Assembly (NCBI GenBank): GCA_037135295.1
Contig: JBAXKN010000001.1
Span: 1-54,010, forward strand
Direction of reading: 5' to 3'
From: Candidatus Saccharimonadota bacterium
Lineage (GTDB): Bacteria; Patescibacteriota; Saccharimonadia; Saccharimonadales; Saccharimonadaceae
DNA length: 54,010 nt
The position numbers were made by a program, and so were the translations under genes. Positions 17,900-28,202 of this stretch are shown here, piece by piece. Position 1 is the stretch's first letter. Each line of letters begins with the position of its first letter. The notes under the pieces were generated by a model that searched no databases, had not been told where the DNA came from, and saw only the letters and a program-made list of their open reading frames with translations.

Positions 17900-19945
17900 A
17901 TGACGAATATGGTATTTAAAAATAAACCACCAGCCACAAAAAAAGTTTCAACAATCGAAAATTTTCATGGCTATAAAATTGCTGATGATTATCGTTGGCT
18001 TGAGGATAACAAAAATCACGATAAAAAAATATGGATTAATCAGCAGAATAAATACACAGATTCAATATTAAAAAAACAACCAAATTTTAATATTTGGAAA
18101 CAAAAAATCGAACCTTATATTCGCACGGAAATGCATAGTATGCCAGTAAATAAAAATGGTGTTATTTTTTTTAGATGCCAATTTCCAAATGATGATTTTC
18201 CAAGTTTAATAGTTGATAATGGAAGTAAAGAGAAAGTTTTACTAGATTTGGCTGAAATTGGTGGTGGCGAGTCGATAGAACTTAGTTTTTGGTCTCCATC
18301 TCATGATGGTAATTTATTGGTATATGGAATAGCAAAAAAAGGTAACGAAATCCCAACCCTAAAAGTTCGCAATGTTAATACTAGAAAAGATATCGATGTT
18401 GAAATAATTAATGCAAACGGTAATATTAATTGGCTAGATGATAATTCGGGATTTTTTTATACGAGAGGTCCAAAGCCTAATACTGTGTCTGAAAATGATG
18501 TTAGAATGCATACGAAATTATATTTACATAAACTCGGTGATAATTTTGATGGTGATGAACTTATTTTTGGTAAAGATCGCCCAGCTGATGATAAAATCAT
18601 TATCGATCGTAGATTCGGTGCACCATATTTAGCGATTAGTGTTTCAAAAGCCTGGAGTGTAAATGATGTATATTTATTCGATATAAAAAGTGGAAAAATA
18701 AATGAATTATTTATTGATAAAAATGCCCAATTTGATGTTGTACCGTTGCCCGACAAATTGGTTGTCGGTACCAATCTCAACGCTCCTAATGTTAAAATTA
18801 TTGTCATTCCAAATAATGATATAAATAATACAGCTAAACAATATAAAGAACTAATTTCTGAAAGTAATATGTTGATTGTCTCTTTTTCAATAACGAAGTC
18901 GCGAATATTCGTTAGTTATTTACATGACGCTTCTACGAAAGTCGATATTTTTGATCACGACGGTAATAAAAAAGGTAAATTACCTGCACCAGATATTGCA
19001 AATATTTATTTAAAAACTAGTTCAACTGATGACGAAATTTATTATAGGGTTGAAACAATGGTTCAGCCAGGCATCATTTATAAAATGAATACAATTAGTC
19101 TAGATTCCAAAGTGTATTTTGTCATAAAAATAAATCATAATCCTGATGATTATATTATCAAAAGAGAATGGGCAAAATCCAAAGATAAAACAAAATTGCC
19201 AATTTTTATTGTTTATAAAAAGGGTCTTAAACTGAACGGAAAGAATCCAACTATACTGTATGGTTATGGTGGTTTTAATAATATAATTTCACCATATTAT
19301 ATGTATACAAATATGGCATGGCTAGAAAGTGGAGGCGTCTATGTATTATCAGTACTACGTGGCGGTGGCGAATATGGGGAAAAATGGCATCAAGATGGTA
19401 TATTAGACAAAAAACAAAATACATTTGATGATTTTATTGCTTGTGCTGAGTATTTACAAATGAAAAATTATACCGATAAAGAACACTTGGCTATTATTGG
19501 CGGTAGTAACGGAGGTCTATTAGTTGGGGCAGTAACTATGCAACGTCCAGATTTATTTAAAACAGTCGTCTGCGCTGTGCCATTACTAGACATGATACAT
19601 TATCATAAATTATTAATAGCAAGTAGGTGGATGAATGAATATGGTGATCCAGATAATATTCAAGATTTTAATTATATTATTAAATGGAGTCCTTATCATA
19701 ATGTAGATAATGCAATAGATTATCCATCAATTTATTTTATAACTTCAGAAAATGACACACGTGTTCATCCAATGCATACATATAAAATGACAGCAAAGCT
19801 ACAAAATGTCGATAATCCAAATATCGTTTTAATGAGACTGGAACGAAATACAGGTCATTCTGGATCAAAACCTAGATCAATGATGATAGATTCAATTTCC
19901 GAGAAACTAACTTTTATTGCATGGCAATTAGGTTTAAAAGTTTAA
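17900..19945 (+). CDS. prolyl oligopeptidase (S9A family)
   Basis: N-terminus DDYRWLED, nucleophile elbow GGSNGGLL, C-terminal GHSG. I moved the start to ATG 17900. The ORF-track start 17801 overlaps the ZIP gene by 67 nt. Confidence 0.88.
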   Translation: MTNMVFKNKPPATKKVSTIENFHGYKIADDYRWLEDNKNHDKKIWINQQNKYTDSILKKQPNFNIWKQKIEPYIRTEMHSMPVNKNGVIFFRCQFPNDDFPSLIVDNGSKEKVLLDLAEIGGGESIELSFWSPSHDGNLLVYGIAKKGNEIPTLKVRNVNTRKDIDVEIINANGNINWLDDNSGFFYTRGPKPNTVSENDVRMHTKLYLHKLGDNFDGDELIFGKDRPADDKIIIDRRFGAPYLAISVSKAWSVNDVYLFDIKSGKINELFIDKNAQFDVVPLPDKLVVGTNLNAPNVKIIVIPNNDINNTAKQYKELISESNMLIVSFSITKSRIFVSYLHDASTKVDIFDHDGNKKGKLPAPDIANIYLKTSSTDDEIYYRVETMVQPGIIYKMNTISLDSKVYFVIKINHNPDDYIIKREWAKSKDKTKLPIFIVYKKGLKLNGKNPTILYGYGGFNNIISPYYMYTNMAWLESGGVYVLSVLRGGGEYGEKWHQDGILDKKQNTFDDFIACAEYLQMKNYTDKEHLAIIGGSNGGLLVGAVTMQRPDLFKTVVCAVPLLDMIHYHKLLIASRWMNEYGDPDNIQDFNYIIKWSPYHNVDNAIDYPSIYFITSENDTRVHPMHTYKMTAKLQNVDNPNIVLMRLERNTGHSGSKPRSMMIDSISEKLTFIAWQLGLKV

Positions 19946-19965
19946 TTATAATTTTTGAAAAATAA

Positions 19966-19997
19966 AATAACACCTCGATATAAAACGAGGTGTTATT
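19966..19997. terminator. bidirectional intrinsic terminator between convergent genes
   Basis: Perfect 12-bp stem AATAACACCTCG/CGAGGTGTTATT, with A-rich sequence on the left and T-rich sequence on the right. Confidence 0.8.
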
Positions 19998-20015
19998 TAG
20001 GTTTCTAGTAATTAA

Positions 20016-20357
20016 TTACCAGCTACGTTGTCGGAATGAACCGCCACCGCTGCCACCATTACCACCACCGTTGCCGCCACCACCGAAGTCACGACGAGGT
20101 CGATCTTCCTTTGGTCGAGCAAGACCAACGCTGATTGCGCGTCCGTCAAGTTCTTTGCCGTCAAGTTGATCGACTGCTTTTTGGTTATCTGCTTCATTAG
20201 CCATTTCAACAAAGCCGAAGCCTTTTGAACGTCCGCTATCACGGTCAGTGATAACTCTTGCACTTGTAACTTCACCAATTTGCTCAAAATGAGCCTTCAA
20301 TGTGTCGTCAGTAGTAGCGTATGCTAAGCTACCGATGAATAGATTTTGCTGTGCCAT
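20016..20357 (-). CDS. RRM-type RNA-binding protein with Gly-rich C-terminal tail
   Basis: RNP2 LFIGSL, RNP1 KGFGFVEM, and tail GGGGNGGGNGGSGGG. Confidence 0.9.
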   Translation of the reverse strand: MAQQNLFIGSLAYATTDDTLKAHFEQIGEVTSARVITDRDSGRSKGFGFVEMANEADNQKAVDQLDGKELDGRAISVGLARPKEDRPRRDFGGGGNGGGNGGSGGGSFRQRSW

Positions 20358-20785
20358 ATACTTTAGGTACTCTTTTCTTCTTATCTGATTCTAAATTATC
20401 GTCAGATCGACCGCTTCTGCGATTTTTGCGAAGAAGAGAGTTTACCTACAAGAGGTAAGCGCCCGCCTTTTGCCTTTATACGCGTGTGCTTCTGAACATC
20501 ATTATTTAAGCATAGTTTCATAAAAAATACTAGTATGAGCGGTATGAGCAATAAAAAAGCTTGTGTTATAAATAAAAATAAGTCATAATACTAATATGGC
20601 TGGTGCGCAAAAGGGGTAACCTTTGCGCTAAAAATAAACATAGCATTAATAAACAAAAAAAGTGCCCCGGGTGGGCGCGCAACAGCAACAATATTGAATC
20701 CGTCTGATTATTTAGACGGATTCAATTATAATAATATATATTCCCGCTTGTGCTCTAAAAGGGTGGGTGATATATTAATATCTAA

Positions 20786-21751
20786 ATGATAATCAAACAA
20801 ACATCTAAGTCCTCTGCCTTCACAATAGTCGAACTCCTGGTAGTAGTAGTAGTAATAGGCATACTAGCAGCGATAACGATAGTTAGTTATACAGGTGTAA
20901 GTAAAAAAGCTAAAGAAGCTTCATTACAATCAGATTTAACTGGAGCATCTAAACAGTTAGAGATGTATAAAGTAGATAATAGTTACTATCCAAAATCTAT
21001 AAATGGTGATAATTGTCCATTGAATTCTGGCAATATTGTTGATACTAGATATTGCCTAAAATCAAGTTCAGGTAATACATATAATTATGAACCTGGCTCA
21101 CCGGTTGACAACGCTCAAACCTATAGTCTAAATGCCACAGATCCTGGGTCAACGGTTGTATACACTATTACAAATTCTTCCGCTCCAACTATAGCTGATT
21201 TAATACCTACTGTTATAATCGGTACTCAATTTTGGATGAAATATAATATGAATGTCGGCACAAAAGTAAATGGTGGAGTAAATCAATCGATAGGACAAAA
21301 ATGGTGTTACGCAAATCTTGAAAGTAACTGTACATCTGGTGGTGGGTTGTATCAATGGGACACCGCTATGAAAGGTTCAACCACAGAGGCTGCGCAAGGT
21401 ATTTGTCCGACTGGTTTTCACATTCCAACAGATACAGAGTATAAAACACTAGAAAAATATCTTGGTATGTCTCAGGTTGATGCAGATACTATTGGTGAAA
21501 GGGGTACAGATCAAGCTACAAAATTAATCAACGGTGGATCTAGTGGTTTTAATTTATTACTTACAGGTCAGTATTGGGGGTGGTTTGATTATGTTGGTGT
21601 TTTTGGTGGGGTCTGGACTAGTTCACAATATTCGGTTGAGCCTACGGCCGCATGGTATCGTAGCTTCGATACTGGCTATTATCCAGGTTTGGTAAATAGA
21701 TTTGCGTCTGATAAGACCGACAATTTTTCCGTTCGTTGTCTAAAAAATTAA
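20786..21751 (+). CDS. type IV pilin-like protein fused to a Fibrobacter succinogenes major paralogous (Fib_succ_major) domain
   Basis: N-terminus KSSA/FTIVELLVVVVVIGILAAI. The C-terminal half has FWMKYNMNVG, GGLYQWDTAM, CPTGFHIPTDTEYKTL and SVRCLKN, all typical of the TIGR02145-type domain. Confidence 0.8.
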   Translation: MIIKQTSKSSAFTIVELLVVVVVIGILAAITIVSYTGVSKKAKEASLQSDLTGASKQLEMYKVDNSYYPKSINGDNCPLNSGNIVDTRYCLKSSSGNTYNYEPGSPVDNAQTYSLNATDPGSTVVYTITNSSAPTIADLIPTVIIGTQFWMKYNMNVGTKVNGGVNQSIGQKWCYANLESNCTSGGGLYQWDTAMKGSTTEAAQGICPTGFHIPTDTEYKTLEKYLGMSQVDADTIGERGTDQATKLINGGSSGFNLLLTGQYWGWFDYVGVFGGVWTSSQYSVEPTAAWYRSFDTGYYPGLVNRFASDKTDNFSVRCLKN

Positions 21752-21895
21752 AAATCATCAGTACATTTAATATTGTTACTTATGACGATAGAATCACAAA
21801 TCAAACAAATTGAATTATTGAAATAAGTGAAGGTAGAATAATTTCAGACAAATAAAATATAAGCAGTTCGTGTAGTGATTAAATTTATATGAAAG

Positions 21896-22270
21896 CTATT
21901 TTTTATCATCATCTTTTATAAAAATCGAAAATATCATTGTCAAAATGCTAATCATTATCGATCCCCAAAATGCTGCCCAAAATCCATCGACATAAAATCC
22001 TATATGAAACCAATTTACAGCTACATATGATGCTCCCCATAAGGTAAGGGCGTTAATAACAAGCATAAAAAGACCAAGTGTTAATATAATAAAACCTATA
22101 GAAAACAGGGAAATAAGTGGCTTCAAAACGGCGTTAACGAGTCCCAAAATAACTGCGAATACTAGCACTGCAATTATTCCATTTCCTTCTACGCGAATGC
22201 CAGGAATTACATAAGCAGCTCCTGCAATTGCTGCTGCTGACAACGCCCAACGGATTAGTATATTTTTCAT
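21896..22270 (-). CDS. small 4-TM membrane protein, phage-holin-family-4/YvlD-like
   Basis: The pattern AAYVIPGIRVEG...AVILGLVNAVLKPL...LTLGLF is typical of that family. I moved the start to ATG 22270, with GGAG 6 nt upstream. Confidence 0.6.
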   Translation of the reverse strand: MKNILIRWALSAAAIAGAAYVIPGIRVEGNGIIAVLVFAVILGLVNAVLKPLISLFSIGFIILTLGLFMLVINALTLWGASYVAVNWFHIGFYVDGFWAAFWGSIMISILTMIFSIFIKDDDKK

Positions 22271-22360
22271 TTCTAACTCCATTCTTGATATTCCATTAAT
22301 ATTTTATGGTATCTAAAGTATAGCAGTAATATTATTAAAATGATGTAAAATAGTATTTAT

Positions 22361-23776
22361 ATGATAGTTGGATTATTAACACTACTTTTTTATGTTGTTT
22401 TTGTAATTTCATTAATCAGATTAATTGCAGATAATAGAGAACCTACTAAAACAATTGCATGGCTACTTGTTATGTTGTTTTTGCCAGTTATTGGCTTCTT
22501 ACTTTATATGGCACTGGGTAGAGATTGGCGGAATGCAAAACGAAAACAAAGGGATAGTAAAAAATTAGAACATTCAAGCCGTAGAAAGTTCATGAGTAAA
22601 TTATATTCCGAAAATAAAAATTCTGGTGTTAATCTATCTAGTTGGTCAAAATCTGCAATTAAATTGACGACTTCTAATAATAAAACACAGATATTGATGG
22701 CTGATTCGGTAAAGATATTTGATAATGGTCAAGAAAAATTTGATTCATTGATGGAAGATATATCAAATGCAAAGTCATTTATCAATCTAGAATATTTCAT
22801 TTGGGAAAAAGATGAGTTAACGAAACAAATATTTGATATTTTATCGAAAAAAATAAAAGACGGTATTGAAGTCCGGATCATTTACGATTTTATTGGTTCA
22901 ATTAAATATAGTAAATCTGAACTTAGAAAGTTAAAAAGGATGGGTGCTAAAGTACATGCCCAGGCGCGTGATTTTCGAAAATTGAATTATCGTAATCACC
23001 GAAAAATTGCAGTAATTGATGGATTAATTGGCTATACAGGTGGAATGAATATGGGTCAAGAATATATCGATGGAGGCGGTCGATATAAAACTTGGCGCGA
23101 TACACATTTAAGGGTCACAGGTAAGGCAGTTTATTCATTGCAGGATGTTTTTTCTAGGGATTGGCAAAAAAGAACAGGCGAGGATTTATATAAAGACAAA
23201 TTTTTCCCTAGTGATGCAAAAACTGGAAATATCATCACACAATTATCTTATTTGGGGTCAGAATTAGAGTTTGAGGCTACAAAACAATTATATCTCTCTG
23301 CAATTACGAATGCTCGAGATAAAATTTATATTCAGTCACCATATTTTATTCCTGACGAAACATTACTTGATGCTCTTGTTACGTCAGCCTTATCTGGTGT
23401 CGATGTTAGGGTCATGATTACGGGAGTACCAGATAAAAAAGCTCCTTGGTGGGCAGCTCAATCATTTTTTGCTGGATTGCTAGCGGGTGGTGTTAAATTT
23501 TACCTATACGATGACGGCTTTTTTCATTCAAAAACATTAGTCAAAGACAACGACATGGTTTCAATTGGGACTACGAATTTTGATATTCGTAGTTTTAGCC
23601 TACAACAGGAAGATACTTTATTAATATTCGACTCGAAACTAATTTCTGAACATTATCAAATATTTAATAAAGACCTAAAAGGCTGTCGTCAGGTGACGTT
23701 AGATATAATAAAAAAAGAATCGTTTTTAATAAAATTTAGGAATTCATTATCACGATTACTAGCTAATCTATATTGA
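22361..23776 (+). CDS. cls: cardiolipin synthase (PLD superfamily)
   Basis: Two N-terminal TM helices and two HKD motifs (HRKIAVIDGLIGYTGGMN and HSKTLVKDNDMVSIGTTNFDIRS). Confidence 0.9.
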   Translation: MIVGLLTLLFYVVFVISLIRLIADNREPTKTIAWLLVMLFLPVIGFLLYMALGRDWRNAKRKQRDSKKLEHSSRRKFMSKLYSENKNSGVNLSSWSKSAIKLTTSNNKTQILMADSVKIFDNGQEKFDSLMEDISNAKSFINLEYFIWEKDELTKQIFDILSKKIKDGIEVRIIYDFIGSIKYSKSELRKLKRMGAKVHAQARDFRKLNYRNHRKIAVIDGLIGYTGGMNMGQEYIDGGGRYKTWRDTHLRVTGKAVYSLQDVFSRDWQKRTGEDLYKDKFFPSDAKTGNIITQLSYLGSELEFEATKQLYLSAITNARDKIYIQSPYFIPDETLLDALVTSALSGVDVRVMITGVPDKKAPWWAAQSFFAGLLAGGVKFYLYDDGFFHSKTLVKDNDMVSIGTTNFDIRSFSLQQEDTLLIFDSKLISEHYQIFNKDLKGCRQVTLDIIKKESFLIKFRNSLSRLLANLY

Positions 23777-24313
23777 TTACTTTTTTTGCAGTTTTATTTT
23801 TTTAATTGTGGTTATGGTGTCATTATCTTCATACCTACAAATATCAACGCAGTCAATTAAACCAGTTATATTAATCTGATTAGAATTCAGACGACTGGCT
23901 TCTTTTTTTATCAATTTCATATTTTTACTATTACCTATACCTATATGTGGCGTAAAAGGTATATCAGTCCTTAACTCTTTTTTTAAAACACCCGAATATA
24001 ATTTGTCATGTAAATTTACAATGTTTTTACTTCCAATATCAGGTACCAGGAATGTATGCCAGTATTCGTTAAAAGCATCTTTATTAATTTCGACATGATT
24101 AACGTTGAATTTTATAGTTTTAGTGTTTCGGAGCTCTTTTACTATATGATTAATAATTGACTTTTCGTCAGAGTAGTCAAAAACTGGAAAGACTAAAGTA
24201 AAATGTGGTTTTATAACACTATAATAAAGCTCGTCATTTTTTTGCCTATATTTCTGAATCCATTCAAAATCACTATTTATTAATTTTGGGTATGCTATTA
24301 CTATTAATGCCAT
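23777..24313 (-). CDS. 2H phosphoesterase superfamily protein (LigT-like)
   Basis: HFTL and HIGI motifs about 85 aa apart. I moved the start to ATG 24313 (MALIVIAYP), with AGGAG 5 nt upstream. The ORF-track start 24400 lies 2 nt from the divergent neighbour. Confidence 0.5.
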   Translation of the reverse strand: MALIVIAYPKLINSDFEWIQKYRQKNDELYYSVIKPHFTLVFPVFDYSDEKSIINHIVKELRNTKTIKFNVNHVEINKDAFNEYWHTFLVPDIGSKNIVNLHDKLYSGVLKKELRTDIPFTPHIGIGNSKNMKLIKKEASRLNSNQINITGLIDCVDICRYEDNDTITTIKKIKLQKK

Positions 24314-24402
24314 AAACACTCCTAATGACATTCTAGCAAACCCTAACCTGATTTTGGAATATATTATAGTGACAAAAAATCTTAGTATGATATTATTCAT
24401 TT

Positions 24403-25131
24403 ATGGCATATGGAATTATTAATAGCGAAAAATTTGGTACAGGTAGTTTTATAGGTGATATGCAAAAATCGGGCATCATAAATGCGCCTATTGATGAACA
24501 AGCTAGATTCACAGGTGGACGCGCAGGTTGTCCAATTGTAGAAAAATTAATAAAAGAAAGATCACCCGAAGTTATGCTTGATCGTTATATCGGTATTAAC
24601 ACTTGGTATAAATTTATAAATCAAGAAATATTAAAAGAATGTAACCCATCACTTTATGATGAGTTTACCAAGCAAATAGATCGAATTGAACCAGTTCCTA
24701 GCGATGGCTATGAGCAGCAATCTGTACCAAAAAACTACGTCGAGGCCATGGCTCCTATAAATGCTATTTACGGTTTTTCATTACCAAGGATGTTAATAAT
24801 CCAGATGGAATATGACGGTAAAAATCAGTCAGACATGCAACCAAGATTATTCGCAGGTTTACAAATTATTGAAGATTTTGCAAAAATATCTAAAACCCCT
24901 ATGGAATTAATGGCTAGAGTTGCAGAGGGTTTTGTAGGCTGTGGTGTTGATGAACCATTAATTTTAAAGCAAATATTGTCTCAGGGTTGGATGGATGAAC
25001 ATGGAGCGCAAACAATGTTTAAAGAAGCTGAGGGTTCGATAAAAGAATTCGCACCAATATTATGGGATTATTACAGCCATCTTTCCGACGACGAAAGAAC
25101 CGAACAAGGGCTTTTTGTAAAAGATAATTGA
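24403..25131 (+). CDS. hypothetical protein
   Basis: 242-aa ATG ORF. No motif recognised. Confidence 0.6.
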   Translation: MAYGIINSEKFGTGSFIGDMQKSGIINAPIDEQARFTGGRAGCPIVEKLIKERSPEVMLDRYIGINTWYKFINQEILKECNPSLYDEFTKQIDRIEPVPSDGYEQQSVPKNYVEAMAPINAIYGFSLPRMLIIQMEYDGKNQSDMQPRLFAGLQIIEDFAKISKTPMELMARVAEGFVGCGVDEPLILKQILSQGWMDEHGAQTMFKEAEGSIKEFAPILWDYYSHLSDDERTEQGLFVKDN

Positions 25132-25324
25132 AAAATTGAAATACATACCAGTTTTTGTTGTATCAAACTACGAAATTTTAGTTATAAAAAATAATTTCAT
25201 AAAAAGTAATAACAGCTTGGTGAGTATTAGTAAACAGGTTAGTAGATTCAATTAATTAGCAAAAATAACAAAATACAATCTTTCAATCATCACTTAATCA
25301 ACTTGTTAATGTATAATTGTTATT

Positions 25325-26608
25325 ATGTTTAAAACATATATCCAAAAACGGATGGAAAAATATGTAAATAAATACTTCGTAAAACATCCCGAGGTAAAGT
25401 TGATAGTTGTTACAGGTAGTGTTGGAAAAACTAGCACTAAAGTAGCAATTGCAACTGTATTATCAGAACATTTCAAGGTGCGACTACATATGGATAATCA
25501 TAATACCCACATGAGCGCTCCATTAGCGATATTAGGAATTGAATACCCCAAAAACATCAAAAAAATTGGAGAATGGTTAAGTGTATTTCGTGCAGCCAAA
25601 AAGCGCATTAAAGATCCTACTGATGTTGATATCATTGTTCAGGAACTAGGATCTGACAGAATTGGCGAAGTGCCATATTTCGGAACTTATCTCCATCCAG
25701 ATATAGCTGTTATAACAGCAGTCTCGGCTGAACATATGGAATATTTTAATACAATTGAAAACGTTGCCGCAGAAGAGTTATCTGTAGCGAATTTTTCAAA
25801 AATGGCTCTAATCAATAAAGATGATATTGATGGTGTTTACGCTAAATATTTAACAAATTCTAATATTAACACTTATGGAACTAGTGCAACTGCTGAATAC
25901 CATTTTTTGAGTGCTAACTACACTGCCAAAGAAGGACATATAGGTTTATTTATAGCCCCAGAACTACCTGATCCAATGCCAGCAACGATTCAACTATTTG
26001 GTGAACATACTCTAAGGCCTGCGATTGCAGCTGGTGCTGTTGCGTTAAAATTTGGTATGAGCACATCCGAAATAGTAAGGGGTCTTTCGCTAATTCGATC
26101 ATTGCCGGGTCGTATGAATAAACTTCGAGGATGTGATGGTTCAACGATTATTGATGATTCATATAATTCAAGTCCTTTAGCCGCAAAATCTTCATTACAG
26201 GAATTATATAAACTATCTGGTTCACAGAGGATTGTAGTATTTGGTGACATGAATGAGTTAGGTCAAACAGCAGCATTTGAACATGAAGAACTTGGAAAGC
26301 TATGTGATCCGAATCAGTTGGCTTGGGTGATAACTGTTGGACCTCAGACGAAAAGCTTTTTAGCACCTGCGGCAAAAGCCAGAGGCTGTCAAGTTAAATG
26401 TTTCGACGATGCATTATCAGCTGGAGCATTTACAAAAAGTGTTATTGAAAGTGGCGAAGCTATTCTTTTCAAGGGATCAGAAAGCGGAATATTTCTTGAG
26501 GAGGCCGTAAAAGTCGTGTTACATTCAACAGCTGACGAATCACAACTTGTTCGCCAGTCATCATATTGGATGAATCGAAAAAATAACTTTTTTTCAAAAT
26601 TCAAATAA
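25325..26608 (+). CDS. Mur ligase family protein, MurF-like with a very short N-terminal region
   Basis: P-loop VTGSVGKTSTK at about residue 31. Also DNHNTHMSAPLAILGI, DDSYNSSPLAAKSSL and VFGDMNELG, which resemble MurF motifs. Confidence 0.7.
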   Translation: MFKTYIQKRMEKYVNKYFVKHPEVKLIVVTGSVGKTSTKVAIATVLSEHFKVRLHMDNHNTHMSAPLAILGIEYPKNIKKIGEWLSVFRAAKKRIKDPTDVDIIVQELGSDRIGEVPYFGTYLHPDIAVITAVSAEHMEYFNTIENVAAEELSVANFSKMALINKDDIDGVYAKYLTNSNINTYGTSATAEYHFLSANYTAKEGHIGLFIAPELPDPMPATIQLFGEHTLRPAIAAGAVALKFGMSTSEIVRGLSLIRSLPGRMNKLRGCDGSTIIDDSYNSSPLAAKSSLQELYKLSGSQRIVVFGDMNELGQTAAFEHEELGKLCDPNQLAWVITVGPQTKSFLAPAAKARGCQVKCFDDALSAGAFTKSVIESGEAILFKGSESGIFLEEAVKVVLHSTADESQLVRQSSYWMNRKNNFFSKFK

Positions 26609-26704
26609 TATCATATAAAATTATGTCGATACTTCTTGTTTTATTCGTACCGCTTATGATAAGCTAAAATCAACATTTGCATAATTATAAAAAAAGGATT
26701 TTTT

Positions 26705-28150
26705 ATGCCAGACGAAAATAAAGATATAGAACAGCAACCTGTAGTAAACACACAAGAAAATAATTTTTCTAATGACAGCATGTCGGAAAAACCAGCGACA
26801 TCAATTGATGGCTATAGTCCAGCAGTTCAACAACCAGTTCCGGTCCTTCAAAATGACACTACTCCAATTACTCCAGTTGAACCAAGTTTCAATCCAACAG
26901 CTACACAAGATAATTCTGTTTCAATGGCAGAGCCTTTGACTAACATGGCGACTACTCAACCGATGGTTACATCTACTAAACCGGCTGGTCCAAATTGGCT
27001 AAAAAATAAAAAACTTATTATTGGTCTTGTGATTGCATTTACTATTGTCCTGATTGGTGGTGGAACAACACTTGCGTATACATCTTGGTATCAAAATCCA
27101 AAGAAAGTACTAGCAGATGCGGTAATTAATATGGTTACTGCAAAAACTTCTATATATACCGGCAAGTTTACTATGAACATGGACGATAGGTATAGTGAAA
27201 AAATGAATATCGAAGTCAATGTAGACGCTAAACAGGCTGACGCTACCGGAAGTGTCGATGTTGGTTTTAAGATTGTTTATTCAGGAAAAACATTTCAATT
27301 AAGTGGATCAGGTTTATACGACTCAAAAGGTGATCTATATGTGAAAGTTCAAGATCTGAAGAGTATAGTTGCGGAATTAAAAACAACTCTTGGATCCGGA
27401 ATGCCTCAATCGGTAATCGACGCTATTGATAAGTTCGTAAACAAGATTGATGGCGTATGGATTAGAGTTTCCAGTGATGATATGAAAACTTATAGCGATA
27501 GCTACTCAACTACTCAAAAATGTCTAAATAAAGCTGTCGACAATTTCAAGAAAAATCAAAATGACACCAAAGAAGTTACTAATTTATACCAGAAAAATCA
27601 ATTCATAGCTATCGACGATGAATTAGGTGAAACTAACGGCAGCTCAGGTTACCTACTGAGTTTGAACTACACTGCCCTAAAGTCATTCGCTAAAGGTTTC
27701 AAGAGCACGAAAATCTACACTGACCTAAAGGCATGTGATAGTAGTTTTAATATAGACGAAGAACAAATACAAGAACCAGAAAAATCTAGTGACGATACAT
27801 CAGAAGTAACTAATAAAATTTGGATAAGCACATGGGGACATCAAATAACTAAATTTGAGACAAAAGTATCAGGAAAGGGTGAATATTCAAAGAATCTTGC
27901 ATTATTGACAGTTGAACCAAAATTTAATCAAACAGTAACAGTATCAGCTCCAAAGGATTTCATCACTCTAACTGATCTACAGACCTATATTGAGGAAATG
28001 TACGATTCTATATATTCATCATATGAAGCTTCAATTAACGACACATCATATGACACAAATTCAGACTATCCTGCTGCAAGTAGTATCGATTCAACAAAAA
28101 ATGGGAATGTATTCGATATTCTATTAAATCAGTTTACAAATAAACCATAA
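26705..28150 (+). CDS. hypothetical membrane-anchored protein (disordered N-terminus, one TM helix, large extracytoplasmic domain)
   Basis: 481-aa ORF with AAAGGA upstream. TM helix LIIGLVIAFTIVLIGGGTTLAY. Confidence 0.65.
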   Translation: MPDENKDIEQQPVVNTQENNFSNDSMSEKPATSIDGYSPAVQQPVPVLQNDTTPITPVEPSFNPTATQDNSVSMAEPLTNMATTQPMVTSTKPAGPNWLKNKKLIIGLVIAFTIVLIGGGTTLAYTSWYQNPKKVLADAVINMVTAKTSIYTGKFTMNMDDRYSEKMNIEVNVDAKQADATGSVDVGFKIVYSGKTFQLSGSGLYDSKGDLYVKVQDLKSIVAELKTTLGSGMPQSVIDAIDKFVNKIDGVWIRVSSDDMKTYSDSYSTTQKCLNKAVDNFKKNQNDTKEVTNLYQKNQFIAIDDELGETNGSSGYLLSLNYTALKSFAKGFKSTKIYTDLKACDSSFNIDEEQIQEPEKSSDDTSEVTNKIWISTWGHQITKFETKVSGKGEYSKNLALLTVEPKFNQTVTVSAPKDFITLTDLQTYIEEMYDSIYSSYEASINDTSYDTNSDYPAASSIDSTKNGNVFDILLNQFTNKP

Positions 28151-28202
28151 ATATTTCACCTCTGTAGCATCTTTAAGATAGATTTGATATACTGCATTTG
28201 AC

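Noticed and set aside
20012-20287. 91-aa ORF in an alternative frame of the RRM-protein gene
   Set aside because: The other frame gives a textbook RRM protein (RNP1 and RNP2 motifs). This frame is a low-complexity artefact of the Gly-rich tail region.
20600-20785. c-di-GMP or other known riboswitch upstream of the pilin gene
   Set aside because: By eye I could not find the conserved GEMM-type cores or other riboswitch signatures. Only generic hairpins are present. The region is kept as a low-interest finding rather than a feature.
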